Positions 52,165 to 63,435 of a DNA stretch of 63,435 nt are shown here, in pieces. Source of the DNA: Octopus bimaculoides (taxonomy: Eukaryota); the NCBI RefSeq assembly GCF_001194135.2, contig NC_068983.1, forward strand, positions 12,839,808-12,903,242. The letters are read 5' to 3'. The translations under genes were made by a program, and so were the position numbers. Each line of letters opens with the position of its first letter. Position 1 is the stretch's first letter. The notes beneath the pieces are model-generated. The model saw only the letters and a list, made by a program, of their open reading frames with translations, was not told where the DNA came from and made no database searches.

Positions 52165-53299
52165 ATATGTGTTGAACTTTCTGAATAAAGTTGGATGTGT
52201 TCCGAACCTTTTAGTATGAAAACTTTTCATGAAACTTGATCTTGTTTTACATTGAACGAAGGACTTAAGATGTCCTGAAACCATTGTGGTTTACCAAAGA
52301 AAACTGTTTTATTAATTTACATATCCTGTTGAATTCGAATAAACTGGGTCGCCTTTGTTCGTTCATAAGTCAAACATTTGTATAAGGAGAAGTACAAGCC
52401 GATCACTGGCTTAAATACACTATTTTCTACTCCACGGCTAATTAGGAACATGAAGAAGATTAATCAGCATAAAAAAAATACATGATATTTTAAGGAGCCT
52501 AATGAGCACGTGTTAGTGTAAAATTTGTAATAATTAGAAATTTCACAGATAGATGGAAAAACGCTTCTCCGCACCTGGCAACGATGAATCACGATTAGAT
52601 TATATGGGCACAAGGGAATTCTGTATCATAATGAGAGCTTTGAAATAAAAAAAAATGACATTTAAATAGTAGCGAATGTTTGTGTTTCCCAACAGGCAAA
52701 GCAAATGAGTGAATGGATCTCAAATTCTATGCTTTCTGGTATGAGAATTACTTCTTAGTTTTCTTTTTTTTTTTTCAGTAGGCGCATGCAGGGAGTAATA
52801 ATATTTCATGGAACCGTGTATGGCAGATGGGTGTTGCTAGAGAAAAAATTCAAATGCATAATATTCTGTTCATTACCAATCATATAAGACTAATATAGAC
52901 GTTCTTATATTAATGGTATATAGTTAATGATATAAAAAATGAACAATAGCCGCTGCACGAGATCTTTCTGTGTTCTTGTAAATATGCATGGACTGCCTAT
53001 ATAAAAAGGAAACAGAAAAAGAGAATTGATTCTAGGAAGTCTTTGAAAAAAAATCGATAACTTAATTCAAAAAAACAAAATGTAAAAACATTTGCTGTGA
53101 AAAAAAAGGGGATGGAGAAGATACAATAAAATGTAACCAATGTGAAATCAGGTTTTGAATGAAGGCAATAATTTTTAGTAATAACTGCTTCAGTAATGAG
53201 CAATATATGATATTCATAAATAAAAACGCGTTTGAAATTTTGCATGCCCTGTTGGGATTCTTTTCATATCTGAAACTGACTAATGGACAGGAAATAGAT

Positions 53300-53690
53300 G
53301 TGATGAAGTATTTTCTGACTATGTAAGGAAGGTGCTGGGTACATTTATAGACCTGAGGGAAGTATTAGATTCCCATGTGAGTTATATCATTATATTTGGT
53401 GTTATTTAGAGTAGGTTGCTCTCTGTCTTTAAGCTTGATGCTTAAAATACTCCTAGCCGCTATTATATTATATTTGGGACAGTTTGTTCAATATATTTCT
53501 ATTCGATAAGAGTCTAGATTTTAATGATCTCGGGAACGGATAACATGCTGTATAGTCATAGTATGTTTAGAGTTTCTAGTAGAATAGCTTTTTCTTGTAT
53601 GGCGATTTTGTGAGAGGTATGCTGTATTTGTACCAGTGTTTGTGTTTCGTATTTCATATTATATCTAGGAAAGTTATCTTCAGATATGTA
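53300..53690 (-). mobile_element. Possible decayed PLE RT C-terminal fragment
   Basis: ITFLDII, then AYLSQN.H and CPKYNIIAAR resemble FLD / YL...S.HP / YP...I..A of Penelope RT; abuts a SINE; weak. Confidence 0.3.
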
Positions 53691-53695
53691 TTTGC

Positions 53696-54131
53696 TCTCT
53701 CTTTTTACTCTTTTACTTGTTTCACTCATTTGACTGAGGTCATGCTGGAGCACCGCCTTTAGTCAAGCAAATTGACTCCGGGACTTATTCTTTGTAAGCC
53801 TAGTACTTATTTTATCCATCCCTTTTGCCGAATCGCTAAGTGACGGGGACATAAACACACCAACATCGGTTGTCAAGCAATTCTAGGGGGGACAAACACA
53901 GAAACATTAACACAAACACACACACACGTCGTATATATATACATATATATACACATATACATATATGCGACGGGCTTCTTTCAGTTTCCGTCTAGCAAAT
54001 CCACTCACAAGGTTTTGGTCGGCCCGAGGCTATAGTAGAAGACACTTGCCATAGATGCCACGCAGTGGGACTGAACCAGGAACCATGTGGTTGGTAAGCA
54101 AGCTACTTACCACATAGCCACTCTAGCGCCT
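53696..54131 (-). mobile_element. SINE family A, full length
   Basis: All modules present in reverse complement. Confidence 0.93.
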
Positions 54132-54746
54132 ATAGTGAGTGTTTCCGTTAAAGTGTTTCAAATTTTTGCACAATTCAAAAATATCGCACAGTTTGTGAAG
54201 TGACTGAAACTGCACAATATAATTAATTCATTCGATAGGCTAGAATTTGACACCTCAAACCATGTCGAAATATTAACATCTAGCAACGTAATCGTGGTCC
54301 CGTCTAAGGAGGAATATTATCTGAGAAGTGCATTGTACTATAAGGCTTAATTTAGAAACTTATATGGATAACTTTGCAGTGAGTTTCTGTAAAAGTTAAT
54401 GCTGCAATGTCAATATTTTGTCATATATCATCTTCGAAGAACATGATAGCCTTAACAAGAACGTCTTCCCTCAAATATCAACGACGACGGCTACAACAAA
54501 CTACTCACGTGATCTGTCGCACTCCATGGAATGGAGAGGCTGCCCCGCCATCGTGGATTAGAGAATAGTCTTCATTAAACAGTATTGTGGCATTTGATTG
54601 CTTGTGTTAATTTGGAACTTTAAGTAACAGTAGCGCCAAACAAATAAATAGATAAATATTTGATTTGATCAATGTAGTGACTATTTTGTCTTGTTTGTTA
54701 TAAAGAGCAGATATGTATGTATGCATGTATGTATATATGTATGTAA

Positions 54747-54804
<58 letters not shown>

Positions 54805-54884
54805 NNNNNNNNNNNNNNNNNNNNNNNNNNNNNNNNNNNNNNNNNNNNNNNNNNNNNNNNNNNNNNNNNNNNNNNNNNNNNNNN

Positions 54885-54943
<59 letters not shown>

Positions 54944-55746
54944 ATACATACCTATTTATATCTATATATGCATGCATATATGCATATATATGTTTACGTC
55001 TCTTTATCTTTTACACATATACACAGGCAAACCCACACACATATATACTGCAGTTCTCTCTGAACATATGTGCACCCATATACAACGACACATGCATGCA
55101 CACACATATATTGGTGCTTATGTTTTCGTCTCTGTGCGTGTGAGTATGTGTGTGTGTGTGTGTGTATGTGTGTGTACATCAATGTGTGTATTTGCAGCAA
55201 ATATAACAATGATAAAAACGTGTTTTCTTCTTCTTCTTCTTCTTCTTCCAAATGACATTAGTAAATTGAGAATCGCTGACTGACTGAAAGCGAAAACCAG
55301 GTTATCCGTCCTCCAAGTCCATTAACGTCGTTTATGTGATTTGCGCTGTTTCAATGGAAACATCAAAGCGAACAGTTCTGAAAGATACAGACTTACTGAA
55401 TGCAATCAGAAACACAATCAAAGAAATATATGTTGCTTAGTAGAAGATTTTTATTTTTTTTCCGAATCGTGTTTCCTCTTAATTGCTTCTAACAATCTGC
55501 CATATGTTTTTGGAGATTTCGTATCTGGTCAGGTTCTTATTAGTTTCTTGAATAAGATTACGAATGTATCAATTTTTCAAATACTTACCTTTGGCAATAA
55601 ACTCGTACTAAGTTCTTCATGTATCCCCAAAGAAAATAATAGACTAATATCTTAGAAAACACCTCTGCAGCATCAATTTATCAAAATAATAACACAATGA
55701 AATTTTGCTTTATTTTGCTTATATTATATTATATACATACTCATAC

Positions 55747-55808
<62 letters not shown>

Positions 55809-56479
55809 GTATATACGTATGTGTGTATGAATGTATATATATATATAGCGTGAAACTGCTATGACATCTCGGATACCAATTGAGGAGAAAGTCAACTGTG
55901 AATGTTCCTTGTATCTTGTTTTTGTAATCCTTACGGTTTAATATTCATCTGAAGTTAGATATTTAGTGAATATTACATTATTTACTGAGTTACCAAAAGT
56001 GCATCGGCTTTGAAAATATGCAGTGTAAAGTACGAAAGACTGCATCTATACATGAACAATCATTAATAAACAATGCGACGCTATTCTTCCCTGTTTCTGC
56101 CACGTACAAACACACGCGATGGCACACTAACACACACATAAACACACTGAAGCACAAAGCTACGGATATTCGTAGAGTTGGCATCATGATACAAAGATCA
56201 TTGTATCAAAGAATATTAAATAACTCAAAATTTCCCATAGTGTCTTCTAGAGAGGAAAAAACATTTGCGGCATTTCTTCCAAAATCTTTATACAGTAATT
56301 TCAAAAGTTTCTAGGCTCCATAAAATAAAGTACTGGATGCGGGATTGAAATCCGCTTCCTTCAGATTTGCAGGCGTCACGTCAAGCAAAAAACCAATAAG
56401 CTAAAAAAAGACAAAAAAAAAATGCAAGGGAGACAATTCTTGTGATAGAATTATATGTTTGTGAGTATTGCAAGAAAAA

Positions 56480-56630
56480 TGCCCTCCCCGAGTCGTAGGC
56501 TCATAAGACCGACTCTGGCATATACATTTCCTCTGGGAAATGAGTTGCTTTGCTCAAGAATACAATGCATCAAGCCGTCCAGGAATCGAAACCACAATCT
56601 TGAGATCATGAGTGCAACACATTAACCCAC
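56480..56630 (-). mobile_element. Diverged tRNA-headed SINE fragment with a family D-like head
   Basis: TTGCTCAAGAATACAA...CCAGGAATCGAAACCAC (reverse B-box GGTTTCGATTCC). Confidence 0.55.
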
Positions 56631-56651
56631 ACTTCCCCATATATATATACA

Positions 56652-57061
56652 TCTCTTTATCTTTTATTTGTTTTAGTCATTTGACTGCAGCCATGCTGGA
56701 GCACCGTCTTGAAGAGTTTGAGTCGAATAAATCGACCACAAAACTTATTTTCTTTAAAGTCGTGTACTTATTCTATCGCTCCCTTTTACAGCACGGCTAA
56801 GTTACGGGGACGTAAACACACCAACATCGGTTGTCAAGCATTAGTGGGGGATACACACTGACACAAAGAGACACACACATAGATATATGCATATACATAT
56901 ACACGACGGGCTCCTTTCAGTTTCCGTCTATCGAATCCACTCACAAGTCTTTGGTCGGTCTTAGGCTACCGTAGAAGACATTTGTCCAATGTGTCATGCA
57001 GTGGGGCTGAACCCGGAACCATGTGATTGGGAAGCAAACATCTTACCATACAGCCATGCCT
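56652..57061 (-). mobile_element. SINE family A, full length
   Basis: All modules present in reverse complement. Confidence 0.92.
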
Positions 57062-57356
57062 GATAAATCTTACGGTAGCGAAGTAAGAGAATTAGGAACG
57101 CAAATTAGGAGACAGCTGTCAACAAACGAAATAAACATCTATTCTGTCACGTGTCTTATCTTCCCAATTTTAATACGTATTCTCCACGATTTCAAACTCA
57201 GGGAATTTCAGGGTGAAGTCTAGGTTATATTCAGCCTTAATCACAGATTTTCTCGATGGCCTCGCCCCAGCTGGAGACCGAGCAGGGAGCTATGTTATGA
57301 TTCTTTGAATGTACTTTCATACGTACATATTTACACGTACATGCATACATACATTA

Positions 57357-57640
57357 GGTAAAGCCCCCTTCGGTCATGGATGACCATGGGTTGCACAAGC
57401 CCGGGGAAGTTTGTTTATGGGAGAGCAGTAATCTCCCTTGCATAGAAGCCTCCCTTCTCCACACTGCCAATGTTATCGAAGGGAAAGGCAAAGGCCGAAC
57501 CAGTGACGTCGCAATTCATTTCTATAGCTGAGTGAACGTGAAAATCAATTGTCTTGCTCAAGAACATTACATACAGCCTGGTCCCGGAATCAAACTCACT
57601 ACACCATGATGGTGATCTCGAGGCTTTAACCACTGAACCT
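57357..57640 (-). mobile_element. tRNA-headed SINE, family D (local name), possibly RTE-mobilised
   Basis: Reverse B-box at CCCGGAATCAAAC, TGTCTTGCTCAAGAAC central motif, terminal hairpin GGTCAT-gg-ATGACC at 57372-57385. Confidence 0.7.
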
Positions 57641-57813
57641 GAACCATTACACAAACACACTCGCACACTCAATGATTGGTACATATATATATATATATAN
57701 NNNNNNNNNNNNNNNNNNNNNNNNNNNNNNNNNNNNNNNNNNNNNNNNNNNNNNNNNNNNNNNNNNNNNNNNNNNNNNNNNNNNNNNNNNNNNNNNNNNN
57801 NNNNNNTATATAT

Positions 57814-57937
57814 AAGACAGTAAGGCTCGTTAGCAGGCCAGCCGAAATGCTTAGCAGTATTTCGTCCATCTTGGCGCTCTAAGTTCATATTCCGCCGTGG
57901 TTGATTTATTGGTGGCCTTGTGCCAAAATTTGAAAGC
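57814..57937 (+). mobile_element. SINE family B head joined to a GGCCTTGTGCCAAAATTTGAAA tail (CORE part deleted); a more decayed head follows at about 57949-58045
   Basis: CGTTAGCAGGCCAGCCGAAATGCTTAGC matches 17522-17549. Confidence 0.65.
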
Positions 57938-58687
57938 TATGTATAAAAGATAGTGTATTGGCAGAAGTTTAGAGTGTTGGATAGAATGTTTTGCATAATT
58001 GTAGTGAATCTATATGTCCATGAGTTCAAATGATGCTGAACTCAGATCTTCTATTGATACTTTCGGCATTGAATAAAGTAATCCTGACGAGGTCGATGGG
58101 CGGAAATGTCAGAGAGATGTATAAGATTATTTTCTGACAGCAACATTTGCAAGTATGTTGCTAACAGTGTCAGTTCTTGCTTAGATATCAATGTCGCTGT
58201 GAGAAAACATTTTGCAGTAAAGGCAACTACAAATATTCCACAGAAAAATCTTGATTTCCCATTCGCTTCCCAAACACATGCAAATATTTTCCTGAGATTT
58301 AGCAGCCTAAACAACACAAATTTTAGCAGTACGTTTCACACATGTAACGGAAGCCATCTTTAAATTTTTATCGCTTCGAACTACCAAACCTATAACGAAA
58401 TTAGTAATTCCCCTTTCTCTTCATATTTTCACTAGGGTTGCTTTTTCTTGTTATATCAGGAAAACGAAAGGCTTCAACTTGGATATTTAATTCTTGCTAA
58501 ATGTTTCTACATATAATTTCTCAAATAAACTAGCTGCTATATCTCCCGTAAAATCACTGTTATTTACACAAATGCACGAATACATTTATACTCTCAAATA
58601 TAAATGTCTATGTATGCATATATGTGTGTGTGTGTGTATGTGTGTGTATGTGTGAGTGTGTGTGTGTGTGCGTGTGTGTATTTATAT

Positions 58688-58825
58688 CGTGGCTGTGTGG
58701 TGAGAATTCTGCTTCTCAGCCACCTGTGTCCGGGATCAGTCCTACTGTATGGCACATTGGACAAGTGCCTTTTACCACTGCGTCGGATCGACCAAAACCT
58801 TCTGATTGGATTTGTTAAAAGGCTG
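58688..58825 (+). mobile_element. SINE family A head fragment
   Basis: GTGGCTGTGTGG...CCGGGATCAGTCCTACTG...GACCAAAACCTTCTGATTGGATTTG. Confidence 0.75.
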
Positions 58826-58830
58826 CAGTA

Positions 58831-58888
<58 letters not shown>

Positions 58889-60371
58889 NNNNNNNNNNNN
58901 NNNNNNNNNNNNNNNNNNNNNNNNNNNNNNNNNNNNNNNNNNNNNNNNNNNNNNNNNNNNNNNNNNNNNNNNNNNNNNNNNNNNNNNNNNNNNNNNNNNN
59001 NNNNNNNNNNNNNNNNNNNNNNNNNNNNNNNNNNNNNNNNNNNNNNNNNNNNNNNNNNNNNNNNNNNNNNNNNNNNNNNNNNNNNNNNNNNNNNNNNNNN
59101 NNNNNNNNNNNNNNNNNNNNNNNNNNNNNNNNNNNNNNNNNNNNNNNNNNNNNNNNNNNNNNNNNNNNNNNNNNNNNNNNNNNNNNNNNNNNNNNNNNNN
59201 NNNNNNNNNNNNNNNNNNNNNNNNNNNNNNNNNNNNNNNNNNNNNNNNNNNNNNNNNNNNNNNNNNNNNNNNNNTATATATATATATATATATATGCGTG
59301 TATGCATATACAACATATGTGCGTGTGTGTATGTATGTAGAAGTGGGAACCTGCGTATCATAATCGATAACATATCAGAATATGTCTCTGATTTATGTTT
59401 ACTAAGTTTATAACAAAATTAATATCCATCAACGTCAATATCTGCTCTCTATATTGGTGAAATACGGCGTAAAGTTGTATGGATCTTGTTAGCGTATTTA
59501 TACAGTATAATTACGCATTAACATCAAATTAGATCGGTGGAAAACCTTCAAATGACTCTAGAAAGACTACATTATAGGAGGTATGAATTAATATCTGAAA
59601 TAGAAAGAAGCCATGCTAATATAGGAAATAGATATGATAACGGACGATGAAAGGGAGAAACCAACAATCTTCTTGAATTACTGTCAAAAGTTTTGTGACA
59701 ATTTTATGTCTATCATCCTTACACCCACGTGTATGTGGGCTTGTGTGCGTGTGTGTTTCTGTTTGCTGGTGTTTTTGTTTGTATACTCATGTATGTGTGT
59801 ATGTCAGTGAGTGTGTATGTATATGTTTGCCTAACACCAGTTGATGTTTGTCACTGATATTCTTACACGTTTCACGTTACCAATTTTCGGAACGACTAAA
59901 AATTTCGTAATTCGCATCCTTACTTAGATAACGTAAATAACCAGAACAATGCTTTTAAAGCTAGCGATTTTAAACATCATAATGCTCATGACCGCTTATG
60001 ACCCTTAAAATAATTTACGGCCGTTAAGTAATTTACAAGATTCTAAATCAATTATCGACTGTTTCATTTTTGCCTTTAGTTTGCTAGATTCTTGATGCGA
60101 ACTCGTGATACAAAATCTATTTTGCAACGGCTCGAGAGGCTCTAGACACCAATAACAAAAGCACGGACTGGTAGAGTTTTGTATCTTTATCGTGAGTCAA
60201 TTGGTTGGCTATTTAACCAAGTAACTAATCGCTTATTTCTTAAATCAGGCGTTAAATCAATGAATCAGTTTGTCAAAATCCTTTCATCACCATTTGTGAC
60301 CTCATCAATGACAAGCCTTCTCTCATGAAGGTCTACCTCAAATCGACCGCTTTACACTCACACACACGCGC

Positions 60372-60419
<48 letters not shown>

Positions 60420-60515
60420 GTATGCACACATATACATACATGCATATATGTATACAAATGAGAAATGAAAACCGAAAAAAAGAAAAACAAAAGAACCTTC
60501 ACGATTATTATTATT

Positions 60516-60725
60516 AGGCAGCTGGCATAATCGTTAACGTGCCAAGTAAACTGTTCAGCTGTCTTTCGCCCGTTTTTACATTCTGAGTTCAAATTCTGTC
60601 GAGGTCGAATTTGCCGTTCATCATTTTGGGTTCGATAATATAAATGTTTGTTGAGCACTGGATTTGATGTGATAGACTGAGCCCCTTCTCCAAACTTGCT
60701 GGTTAGTGTGCCATAATATGAATCC
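60516..60725 (+). mobile_element. SINE family B, diverged
   Basis: GCTGGCATAATCGTTA head, GAGTTCAAATTCT B-box, TTCATCATTTTGGGTTCGATAA CORE-like block, GTGCCATAATATGAA tail. Confidence 0.75.
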
Positions 60726-62134
60726 AATTTTATTAGGGAGACGCTCAAGAAAGGAATAAGATTAAAAATGTGGGAGATAAAAGAAAGAAATGATGAGAGT
60801 AATGGGAAGAGAAAGAAGAATGTTTTATGTGTCGTTCAAGGGAAGTAGAGAGAAAAAGGAAAAAAATTCACAATGGAAGAGGGAAAGAAAATAACAAAGC
60901 AATATCAAGAAAAGAGAAGCAGGAAGTAGAGGAAGATAAAAGCGGTGTCTTTCAGTCTTCATTACGAATATTGTACCTGCCGTAGGGCTATAAGACACAC
61001 ACTCGCATAAAACAAGCCAATTTTTGTGGAAAAAGTATTTCGTGGGGAGAAACTATTATTTTGCATCATACACTGATATACTCGGTTGTCATCCATTAGA
61101 AGCATGACAAAATTTTGTTACATTTAGGAATAAAGACTGCGTTTGATAGACCAGCATATACTGTCCTTAAAGAGTAGAACAAAGACTAAGGCCGGGACTA
61201 GGGCATAAAAAATTTGTTCAAGCATCCAAAGTATTAGCTAGTGAATTGAAAAAATCCCATGCAAACATAAATACACGCGGACTCAAAAACAAACAAACAA
61301 ACTTATTCACACACGCAAACTCATATATAAATATGGAAGAGAGGCATTATAAATCATGGAGAGCTTAACACGAAGAACGTAATGATTGAAAACCTCGCAG
61401 GTATGTTCCTTGTTGGTCCTAAGTGTTCAGAATTCACATCCGCATAGTAATATTAAAGTTGCTGGGGTTTTGTACTGTTTGAGATTCATGAGTGCATTGA
61501 TAAAAATGCTTTCCATTTGACATTTGTTTTCGTCATGACAACTGAAGCAAAGACAGGTTTTATTTCTGTGTCTGTTTTTGAGGTGCCATGCTTTCCCAAT
61601 CCGTCTTCATAAATTGTAAAGATCTTAGTTTCAGTGACCTAGCTGTGGCTTTTAGCCAATGTTGCAATTTATGATCTGACAGCCAATCTCCACTCATCTA
61701 ACGCTCTCCTCAGTCTCCAGATGTGTTTCTCTGTTTACTATTCAATCGATATATTCCGTAAAGAACAAGCTGTTAGACGTATGTCATCTGATGAAGACGA
61801 AAGAGGAGAATGTGTGCGACACGTCCTGTATTGTTTCCCAAGAATATGTTACAAAAGTACTGCGGTGCAGAGGCAGCCTTTGTCAAGATCAAAGTCCTAT
61901 GCACTTGGACGATCATTGTTTCCGATTGACTATTCATTACTAACATTGTACCGGAAATAAAAACATTACAGAAAAAAGAGCTAATGCAAATAATGGACAA
62001 TTGAAAGTCGATGCTACTATAAAAAGTAAGAAACAGAGCGCCACCAATCACTTTTGCAAATTGCTATGTTGCTTGTAAAATTTTGCTTAAACTTGATCCG
62101 TTTATCATTACTACGAGCCCCTACATTCAAGAAG

Positions 62135-62804
62135 GTCGCTTACGACGTCGAGGGTTCCAGTTGATCCGATCAACGGAAAAGCCTGCTCGTGAAATTAACG
62201 TGCAAGTGGCTGAGCACTCCACAGACACGTGTACCCTTAACGTAGTTCTCGGGGATATTCAGCGTGACACAGTGTGACAAGGCTGGGCCTTTGAATTACA
62301 GGCACGACAGAAACAGGAAGTAAGAGTGAGAGAAAGTTGTGGTGGAAGAGTACAGCAGGGTTCGCCACCANNNNNNNNNNNNNNNNNNNNNNNNNNNNNN
62401 NNNNNNNNNNNNNNNNNNNNNNNNNNNNNNNNNNNNNNNNNNNNNNNNNNNNNNNNNNNNNNNNNNNNNNNNNNNNNNNNNNNNNNNNNNNNNNNNNNNN
62501 NNNNNNNNNNNNNNNNNNNNNNNNNNNNNNNNNNNNNNNNNNNNNNNNNNNNNNNNNNNNNNNNNNNNNNNNNNNNACAAGGCTGATCCTTTGAATTACA
62601 GGCACAACAAAAACAGGAAGTAAGAGTGAGAGAAAGTTGTGGTGGAAGAGTACAGCAGGGTTCGCCACCACCCACTGCCGGAGCCTCGTGGAGTTTTAGG
62701 TGTTTTCGCTCAATAAACACTTGTAACGCCCGGTCTAGGAATCGAAACCATGATCCTATGACCGCGAGTCCGTTGCCCTAACCACTGGGACATTGCGCCT
62801 CCAC
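62135..62804 (-). mobile_element. SINE family C, interrupted by an N-gap with 94 nt repeated on both sides
   Basis: Matches 25575-25942; head has TGTCCCAGTGG (A-box) and GGTTTCGATTCC (B-box). Confidence 0.9.
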
Positions 62805-63398
62805 TACCAACATTATAAATTAAAGCTGTTCTCCACAAGCATTAAATGAATGTGTATTCAAGTGCACTGTACCGTTGGAAGACTTGAGTAGTGCATAAAT
62901 ATCATTGATACAAGTGGATGGCACGATATCTGGGACAGAGAAGGCATATTCTTATTCAAAACATATCTGTGTATCCTGATACCACGTCTAGTTTTCGATT
63001 ACGCATGCTATGTAGAGTTTAAGATACCCAAAGCTTGCATATCGAATTGAAGGTTAATTTGTAGGAAATATCTTGATAATTAAATTAAACTTAAGCAGCA
63101 TTTGGATTAAGGAGAATTCCTTTGACAAAATCACGAACGTAAATGATTAAGGAGCCATCCCCAGCCCACAAAACAGAAACATTTGCCATCTGTTAAATGA
63201 ATTTGTCGTTTAGTGTTTCCTGTTTCAAATGTATGTTGTGTACATTAAAGCACATATTTAGTTTTAAAAATACGTAAATTTATATACACACATGTACATA
63301 TACATACATATACATATATGTACATATAGCCTTATATATATATATATATGTATCCTTCACCTTCTCCGTCCATTATTTTTTGCACCCCGATGTGTACG

Positions 63399-63435
<37 letters not shown>

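Noticed and set aside
61480-61690. Minus-strand WLSDHKLQHWL and C-x-x-C, like the N-terminal zinc finger of some hAT transposases
   Set aside because: Too short and frameshifted to support without a profile search.
61788-61810. CTGATGA-AGAC-GAAA
   Set aside because: No stem II, stem III or cleavage triplet.
62277-62670. 94-nt direct repeat on both sides of the 62371-62576 gap (4 differences)
   Set aside because: Most simply an unmerged contig overlap between haplotypes or two SINE copies; cannot be called a real tandem without long reads.

Overview
AT-rich, non-coding animal DNA, very dense in microsatellites ((TA)n, (CA)n, (TATG)n, (CT)n, compound trinucleotide tracts), with 14 N-gaps (about 4 kb) that mostly abut simple repeats. 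The SINE families and repeat texture suggest an octopus genome (inference; no database search was possible). I cannot identify any host protein-coding gene; it reads as a large intron or intergenic region. Nearly all supplied ORFs are microsatellite, gap or antisense artefacts. The interpretable content is decayed mobile DNA: four tRNA-headed SINE families (about 20 copies or fragments), three mariner transposase fossils, one hAT fossil, CR1-, R4/Dong- and probable RTE-type LINE fossils, and several Penelope-like (PLE) RT and GIY-YIG fossils. The most interesting signal is a set of minimal type I hammerhead ribozyme (HHR) motifs. One sits in a 449-bp element (12054-12502) built as a 360-nt unit plus a 91-nt partial repeat and flanked by an 11-bp target-site duplication, which is the architecture of a non-LTR retrozyme. 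Another, at 32352-32406, is nearly intact. A 620-bp nested foldback (29070-29690) carries a truncated HHR core. These are new instances of known element classes; I cannot claim a previously undescribed system from sequence alone. All translations and alignments were done by eye, so the boundaries of degenerate elements are approximate.
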